Assembly: GCA_965650445.1 (NCBI GenBank)
Contig: CBFGOU010000001.1
Location: 4,095 to 68,094 of the forward strand
Direction: 5' to 3'
DNA: 64,000 bases
DNA from: an uncultured Oxalobacteraceae bacterium
GTDB taxonomy: Bacteria > Pseudomonadota > Gammaproteobacteria > Burkholderiales > Burkholderiaceae_D
Shown: one piece after another, positions 59,069 through 64,000 of the stretch
How positions within the stretch are numbered: the stretch's first letter is position 1
How the letters are laid out: each line of letters opens with the position of its first letter
Made by a program: the position numbers and the translations under genes
Notes under the pieces: generated by a model
Told to the model about the DNA's origin: nothing
The model's database searches: none
Seen by the model: only the letters and a program-made list of their open reading frames with translations

Positions 59069-59290
59069 TCAATCCGACGCGTGTTTCAACGATTTTCTCA
59101 CCCAGCCCTCCGCTTCTTCGAGATCGATAACGGCATCTTTCCGAGTAAAGTCTATGTGGAAAGATCCGCCGACGAAGTCAGCCGGTTGCACTTTCCACTG
59201 CACACCTGGGATAGCGTTCCACTGTCCAATTAGCTGATGCAGCTCGCTTGCGGTCCCATTAAACGAGACGGATTTCACACGCGTCGCCAT
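59069..59290 (-). CDS. small hypothetical protein
   Basis: AAGGAG RBS, 73 aa. Confidence 0.6.
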   Translation of the reverse strand: MATRVKSVSFNGTASELHQLIGQWNAIPGVQWKVQPADFVGGSFHIDFTRKDAVIDLEEAEGWVRKSLKHASD

Positions 59291-59683
59291 GTTTTCTCCT
59301 TTTTTAGTTCAACCGATATTGCCGTGTTTTCAGTACCTATTGATCAAAGTACGCTGCGCTGCTCAACAGGGACCGGGCAGGATCGCGTCGGCCGTGCTAG
59401 AGGCGCTCCACATGCGGATGTGCGCTGCTTGCTCTGCGATCAGACCGGGCCTTCGGTGCAGGCTTCGCTGGTCCCCCTGAAGCTTCGGAGGTAAAGAAAG
59501 CGCGATTGCCTGCTTTGATCAAGCCGAGATAACGTCCTGAATCAGAGTAGACGTTTTTCCTCACTCCATGCGGCAGGGCGTCCGCTACACAGGAAGGTCG
59601 AGATGAACTTCGTGCTCTCTTCAACCCACGCGGTAGGGGCGTGACAGTGTGGTCATAAATGTCGTGTAGTCCATGGCGTCCGC

Positions 59684-59971
59684 TTAGTTTACTTCAGGAA
59701 AGTCAGTCACTACTCTGCGGCCCAGCCGTGCTTCTACCAAAGCCACAATTGCAGGTTTTGGCAAACCTTCCCAAACCATCAGTTGGACCCCTTCGTCAGT
59801 TTTATCACCGCTTTTTTCGAGCAGGAAGATCTCTCGGTTGTAGTCATGGTGACGCAAAGCATCTGTGGGATAATCGCCGCTCAATTTGAACGACTGTCGA
59901 CCTGACATCACATTCCCTGGCAGATCGAACGTTTCGCCGTCCGCAACTCCACCAATGTGCAAAATGTTCAT
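59684..59971 (-). CDS. small hypothetical protein
   Basis: AGGAG RBS, MNILHIGGVADG, 95 aa. Confidence 0.6.
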   Translation of the reverse strand: MNILHIGGVADGETFDLPGNVMSGRQSFKLSGDYPTDALRHHDYNREIFLLEKSGDKTDEGVQLMVWEGLPKPAIVALVEARLGRRVVTDFPEVN

Positions 59972-60222
59972 TTCTTCTCCTGTTCAGTCGGCACTGCGGC
60001 GATCCTTTAATCCCGCCGACGCGTCTAACACGGCATGGATACTACTGAAACTTTACTTTTGTTCGGAGGCGAGATTTTTTCCCTAGCGAATCTTTATGAA
60101 TTGAACAGCGTTGGCTAGTTACCGCCTGACAGAAATTCATTGTGAAGCGATCGGACCAAGATCAAGCCGTCGCTCTGCATGAAATCAGTGCTACGCCGAT
60201 CAGTGTGCCAGTGCTGGCTAGC

Positions 60223-60371
60223 TTGTTCAAAGTTATATTGTTCACGGTCTCCTGATCCTCGCATGTTTGCGCCGACTATTCAAGTTCTCAATGACAGCTG
60301 TACATCCGTCTGCTATACACAAGTCCTTGATTTTGCATGGCACCTATTCAAGGCTCTTTTGTGACGAAACA
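60223..60371 (-). repeat. distal transposon end with TnsB-binding repeats
   Basis: Minus strand TGTTTCGTC ACAAAAGAGCCTTGAATAG (60362-60344); further copies at 60294-60276 (weaker) and 60241-60223. Confidence 0.8.
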
Positions 60372-60584
60372 TTCGTTGTTCCACCTGGAACTCGCTATGC
60401 AACGCAAGCCTTCGAATACGCAACCAACAAGCTCATTTACCCAACATTTCCAATAGTAAATGTTGCAAATTAAAGATTTCATATTTATAATATTTGTCTT
60501 TAGATAAAGTTTCAATTAATTCCCTCTTGCGTGAAGTGCAATCAGCACGCGGAGTCACCAACCAACCTTCAGATACTGGCCTGA

Positions 60585-63329
60585 ATGCTGATTTCCCCTG
60601 CCCCTCGCTTCCCGCCGTGTGCAATCGAAACGCCGGTGTTGGGTCGGGCTGAGTCTAAGTACGTACACTCGTGGGAACAGGCGTTTGAGTTGGGTCCTGC
60701 AGAGGTCGGAGGCAAGGCATGGAGCATCGCCGCCTTACGCCGTTACGGGTTCTCCACCCCGAACGGATTTGTCATTTCAGCAACCCTGGCTGACGAAGTC
60801 ATCAGTTCCGCGGCGGTATCGCGAGCCATTGGGCAACTCCCCCCGCCGCAGGAGCGAGATGTCGGCAACCAAATCATTCATGAAAAGCTTGCGGCCGTCA
60901 CTGCGGCGATCTGCGCTCATGAGTTGTCGCCAGTGGCACAGTTCGAGATTCAGCGCGCACTTCTGGACAGCTGCCTGGCGGAAACGGCCTGTGTCGTGCG
61001 CTCATCAGGACTCATGGAGGATGGTGCTGCCTTTTCATTCGCCGGCATTCACGAAAGTTATCTCAACGTCAGCGGATGGGAGGACATTGCGAAGGCAGTG
61101 CTCCGCTGTATGGCTTCGCCCTGGCTCGACAAAGCGGTGGCCTATCGCCGGCAATTCAATTTATCAGACGATGGCGCCCGGCTCTGCGTGTTGGTCATGC
61201 CCCTTGTCGACGCCGATGCGGGCGGGGTGGTGTTCTGTGCTTTGCCGGCTACCGGCAGTCGCGACACTGCGGTCATTACCGCCAGCCTGGGCCTTCCGGC
61301 GTCAGTGGTCAATGGTGAATCCCAATGCGACCGCTATGTCGTCGACACCGCTTCCTTGTTCTGCCATTCCCACAGCGCCGATATCGCGCATCAAACTCAT
61401 GCAACCCGTCCGGCGACCGACGGCGGAGTGGAAAACGTTGCGCTGGCATACGGTACGGGCAAGCGGGCAGTACTCTCAAATGCGGAGCGCCTGCGTCTGG
61501 TCGAGCAGTCGCTTCAGATTCAAAGCGCACTGGCAACGGGCGACGATCCTTACGACATTGAGTGGGCAAAAATCGGTGGCAATTTCGTTTTCCTGCAAGC
61601 GCGCCCCATCACGGCCGTCGAGTATGGAACCCGTGTCCCGTCTGGGAAGTTGCCGCCGCTATGGTCGACCGCTAACCTCAAAGATGCATCTCCTGGCGTG
61701 CAGACTCCGCTGGGGAGCGATCTCATGCGGGTTGTCTTGCGCGACATTTTGGTCACGCCATTTCGCCTCGTGGGCTACCGCGCAGCGGCGACGATCTGCT
61801 TTTCGAAACTGTTCTTCGGGCGCCCCTATTTGAACATGGCGGCCTTGCAATGGATCTATTACGACGCCTTCGGCATCCCTCCGCGCGACCTGAACAATGC
61901 GATCGGCGGGTATCAAGGTGAGCTCTTCGATCCGAACAGGATGCTGGTCGGTTTGCGCACCGGCGCGGTGCGTTTTGCCCGTCGTATTGTCCTGATCGCC
62001 GCCGTCATCGGCAGCGCCGTCTATTTTTCGCTTGCCAACAAGTCCATGGCTAGGGCCGCCGCGAAAGCCGGGCAACAAGTGTCGAACACCGTCACTAACG
62101 GGCAGCTGCTTGAATTTATCGGACGGCAAGCAAAATCGATAAAAAGAGCGGGCGCCCTGTTCCAGCTGATGAATTCATTCGCCGGTGCGGCGCACAGTCT
62201 CCTGTTGCTAATGCTGCGGCGCGCCGGGATCGATGCGCCGGACGCGGTGGCGCTACGGCTTATGGCCGGCGCCGGTGGCGTGGCGAGCGCGGTCTATACC
62301 GAGCACCTGTGGGATCTGGCCGAAGTCCTAAAAGGCGATCCCGTGTTATCGCGCGTGGCGACCTCGCCGATCGGCGCAGCGGACTTGCGCCAGATATTAG
62401 CTACCCTCCCTGACGATCATCCATTCCGGCTCCGCTTCTCGGCCTTCCTTGAGGAGTTCGGCCACCGTGGGGTGTATGAGATGGAGATCGCCAATCCGCG
62501 CTGGGCGGAGGATCCGACCTTCCTGCTTGAGAATGTGCTTCTGCTTTCTAAGGAGCAGCGTCTGCGGCAGCCGGCACCGCAAGTCGCGGATCAGGTAATG
62601 ACTGAACTTGGCCTCAACAGCCGCTGCCTGACCGGGCTGGCGTTGAGGCTTCTGGCAGGCTGCGCGCGACACGGCGTGCGCTTGCGCGAGAACGCAAAAT
62701 CCCTGTTGGTAAGGGTTGCCCAGCCAATGCGCATAGGCTTTCTGGAAATTGGCGAACGGCTCGTCAAACAAGGAAAGCTCGATACTGCCGACGACGTGTT
62801 CTATTGCTCCTGGTGGGAGCTGCTCGATGTGCTGCGCGACGGCGGCGACAAGCGCCCGCTCGGTTTGCTGGTCGGCGAACGGAAAACCCGGCGATCAGGG
62901 TGGACTGCCGTCCAGCCGCCGGATCTGCTAGGCGCGGTCGCGCCGCTGACACTTGCCCCTCACGCCACCGCCTCCACCGGCAAGCGCTTCCCGATCAAGG
63001 GTCGCCAACGCAAACTCCAGGGGGTCGGCGTCTCGTTCGGCGTCGTGGAAGGGGTCGCGCGCGTCATCTCGCATCCCGACCAATGCGGCAGGCTCGAAAG
63101 CGGAGAGATCCTGATCGCCGCCACGTCCGATCCTGCCTGGGCTCCGCTGTTTTTCCGTGCCTCTGCAGTCGTTCTGGAAATGGGCGGCCTATTATCCCAT
63201 GGCGCCATTCTGGCGCGCGAACTCGGCATTCCCTCGGTTGCCAATGTGCGCGACCTGCTTGATCACATATCAGACGGCGATCTCATCCGTGTGGATGGCG
63301 AACGCGGCCTAGTGTCAATTTTGTCTTAA
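60585..63329 (+). CDS. PEP-synthase/PPDK-like kinase (ATP-grasp + substrate domain + C-terminal His swivel; rifampin-phosphotransferase architecture)
   Basis: VGGKA, VRSSGLMEDG, SFAG, DIEWA, LQARPIT; C-terminal GGLLSHGAILARELGIP. Confidence 0.88.
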   Translation: MLISPAPRFPPCAIETPVLGRAESKYVHSWEQAFELGPAEVGGKAWSIAALRRYGFSTPNGFVISATLADEVISSAAVSRAIGQLPPPQERDVGNQIIHEKLAAVTAAICAHELSPVAQFEIQRALLDSCLAETACVVRSSGLMEDGAAFSFAGIHESYLNVSGWEDIAKAVLRCMASPWLDKAVAYRRQFNLSDDGARLCVLVMPLVDADAGGVVFCALPATGSRDTAVITASLGLPASVVNGESQCDRYVVDTASLFCHSHSADIAHQTHATRPATDGGVENVALAYGTGKRAVLSNAERLRLVEQSLQIQSALATGDDPYDIEWAKIGGNFVFLQARPITAVEYGTRVPSGKLPPLWSTANLKDASPGVQTPLGSDLMRVVLRDILVTPFRLVGYRAAATICFSKLFFGRPYLNMAALQWIYYDAFGIPPRDLNNAIGGYQGELFDPNRMLVGLRTGAVRFARRIVLIAAVIGSAVYFSLANKSMARAAAKAGQQVSNTVTNGQLLEFIGRQAKSIKRAGALFQLMNSFAGAAHSLLLLMLRRAGIDAPDAVALRLMAGAGGVASAVYTEHLWDLAEVLKGDPVLSRVATSPIGAADLRQILATLPDDHPFRLRFSAFLEEFGHRGVYEMEIANPRWAEDPTFLLENVLLLSKEQRLRQPAPQVADQVMTELGLNSRCLTGLALRLLAGCARHGVRLRENAKSLLVRVAQPMRIGFLEIGERLVKQGKLDTADDVFYCSWWELLDVLRDGGDKRPLGLLVGERKTRRSGWTAVQPPDLLGAVAPLTLAPHATASTGKRFPIKGRQRKLQGVGVSFGVVEGVARVISHPDQCGRLESGEILIAATSDPAWAPLFFRASAVVLEMGGLLSHGAILARELGIPSVANVRDLLDHISDGDLIRVDGERGLVSILS

Positions 63330-63396
63330 AGAGCGTGCTCGGCGCGCGCGCCTGCGCGAGCCCGGCAATTATTTTGTTATCACTAGAAGGGGCAGC

Positions 63397-63666
63397 ATGA
63401 ACAATTCGATTTCCGTAACCGAACAAATCCGCGCCGTGATCGCCAGCGAATTGCGCCTGGATCCCGCCAATGTGACCGACGACATGACGATCGAGATGCT
63501 CGGTCTCGACTCGCTCGCGTTTGCCGAGGTCGTCATTTCGCTGGAAAAGCACTTCGGCCAGTCCATCGATACCACTGCGTTCGTCGAGGACTTGGGCGAC
63601 CACACGACCGTACGGGAACTGGTTGTCATGTTCAGCAACGCCTTACAGGCAGAGGTAGCGCTTTAA
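63397..63666 (+). CDS. acyl carrier protein
   Basis: LGLDSL phosphopantetheine site; acidic, 89 aa. Confidence 0.9.
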   Translation: MNNSISVTEQIRAVIASELRLDPANVTDDMTIEMLGLDSLAFAEVVISLEKHFGQSIDTTAFVEDLGDHTTVRELVVMFSNALQAEVAL

Positions 63667-63669
63667 TTC

Positions 63670-64000
63670 ATGAAGTCAGCCCCCCTTCTGCCTCTCGCGG
63701 TCCGTTCTGGAATTGATAGGAGCAATCTTCGCGCTCTGCGTCAGTTGCGCAGGACAATTTATGCGAATGACCGCCACTGGGTCCCCCCATTGGCGTCGCA
63801 GGTCAAGCGCAGTTATGCGGCGGGGCATCCGTATCTCCGTTCTGGACAGTGCGAACTGTTCGTTGTCATGCTCGGCCCAACGCCGGTGGCGACCGCTACC
63901 GCGTTTTTCGACACGACAAGCGCTGCCGCGCATGGAAGCTGCACCGCCTATTTCACTGCCTTCGAATGCGCCGACGACGTCGCGGTGATGGACACACTGC
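63670..64000 (+). CDS. YghO / bacterial ceramide-synthase-like GNAT acyltransferase, partial (runs off window end)
   Basis: Manual translation MKSAPLL...IYANDRHWVPPL...HPYL...YFTAFECADD. Confidence 0.65.
   Translation, partial: MKSAPLLPLAVRSGIDRSNLRALRQLRRTIYANDRHWVPPLASQVKRSYAAGHPYLRSGQCELFVVMLGPTPVATATAFFDTTSAAAHGSCTAYFTAFECADDVAVMDTL

Larger units (their letters stand above)
17192..60371 (+). mobile_element. Tn7-like transposon (TnsABC + two TniQ), 43,180 bp
   Basis: Ends TGTTCCGTC... and ...GACGAAACA; TTCGT duplicated at 17187-17191 and 60372-60376; related 19-bp sites 9 bp inside both ends; tns genes. Confidence 0.9.

Noticed and set aside
60298-60313. CTGTACATCCGTCTGC as an SOS box
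   Set aside because: Right half does not match (A/C)CAG
60619-61833. 404-aa alternative-frame ORF inside the kinase gene
   Set aside because: Ser/Arg/Pro-rich with no motifs; overlaps a well-supported CDS
60585-63329. Rifampin resistance gene rph
   Set aside because: Architecture is shared, but the biosynthetic context (ACP, GNAT) argues for another substrate, and specificity cannot be read by eye

Overview
High-GC betaproteobacterial chromosome; gene order and REP type suggest Massilia/Oxalobacteraceae, which is an inference. 1-17.1 kb is mostly core genes (recN, NAD kinase, sorbosone dehydrogenase, osmC, gloA, serine hydrolase, tetR-pcm-rhodanese-tolC). It is interrupted at 4.3-11.5 kb by a translationally coupled three-gene candidate conflict system: a giant calcineurin-like phosphoesterase/HSP90-ATPase/helical-repeat protein, a GRDP-like His-motif protein, and a degenerate Shedu/DUF4263-like protein. 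A complete 43,180-bp Tn7-like transposon (17192-60371; TGT...ACA ends, repeated TnsB sites, 5-bp TTCGT target duplication) sits just upstream of the tetR -35 box. It encodes XRE, TnsA, TnsB, TnsC and two TniQ/TnsD proteins. Its defence/conflict cargo includes a nuclease-nSTAND3-HEAT protein, RloC-like ATPase + GGCT + HEPN, PIN-TM, an ORF + XRE/ImmA pair under three phased operators, an orphan PAAR-DUF4123-Tox-REase-5-Imm52 module, DUF4238-like, WYL, and a MukBEF-like Wadjet (wHTH-mukF-mukE-short mukB-jetD) preceded by a perfect 44-bp palindrome. IS5 copies lie inside the element. Beyond its end begins a PEP-synthase-like kinase / ACP / YghO-CerS-like GNAT cluster, possibly inside a second element at the same site. 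All family calls come from reading motifs by eye; no searches were run.
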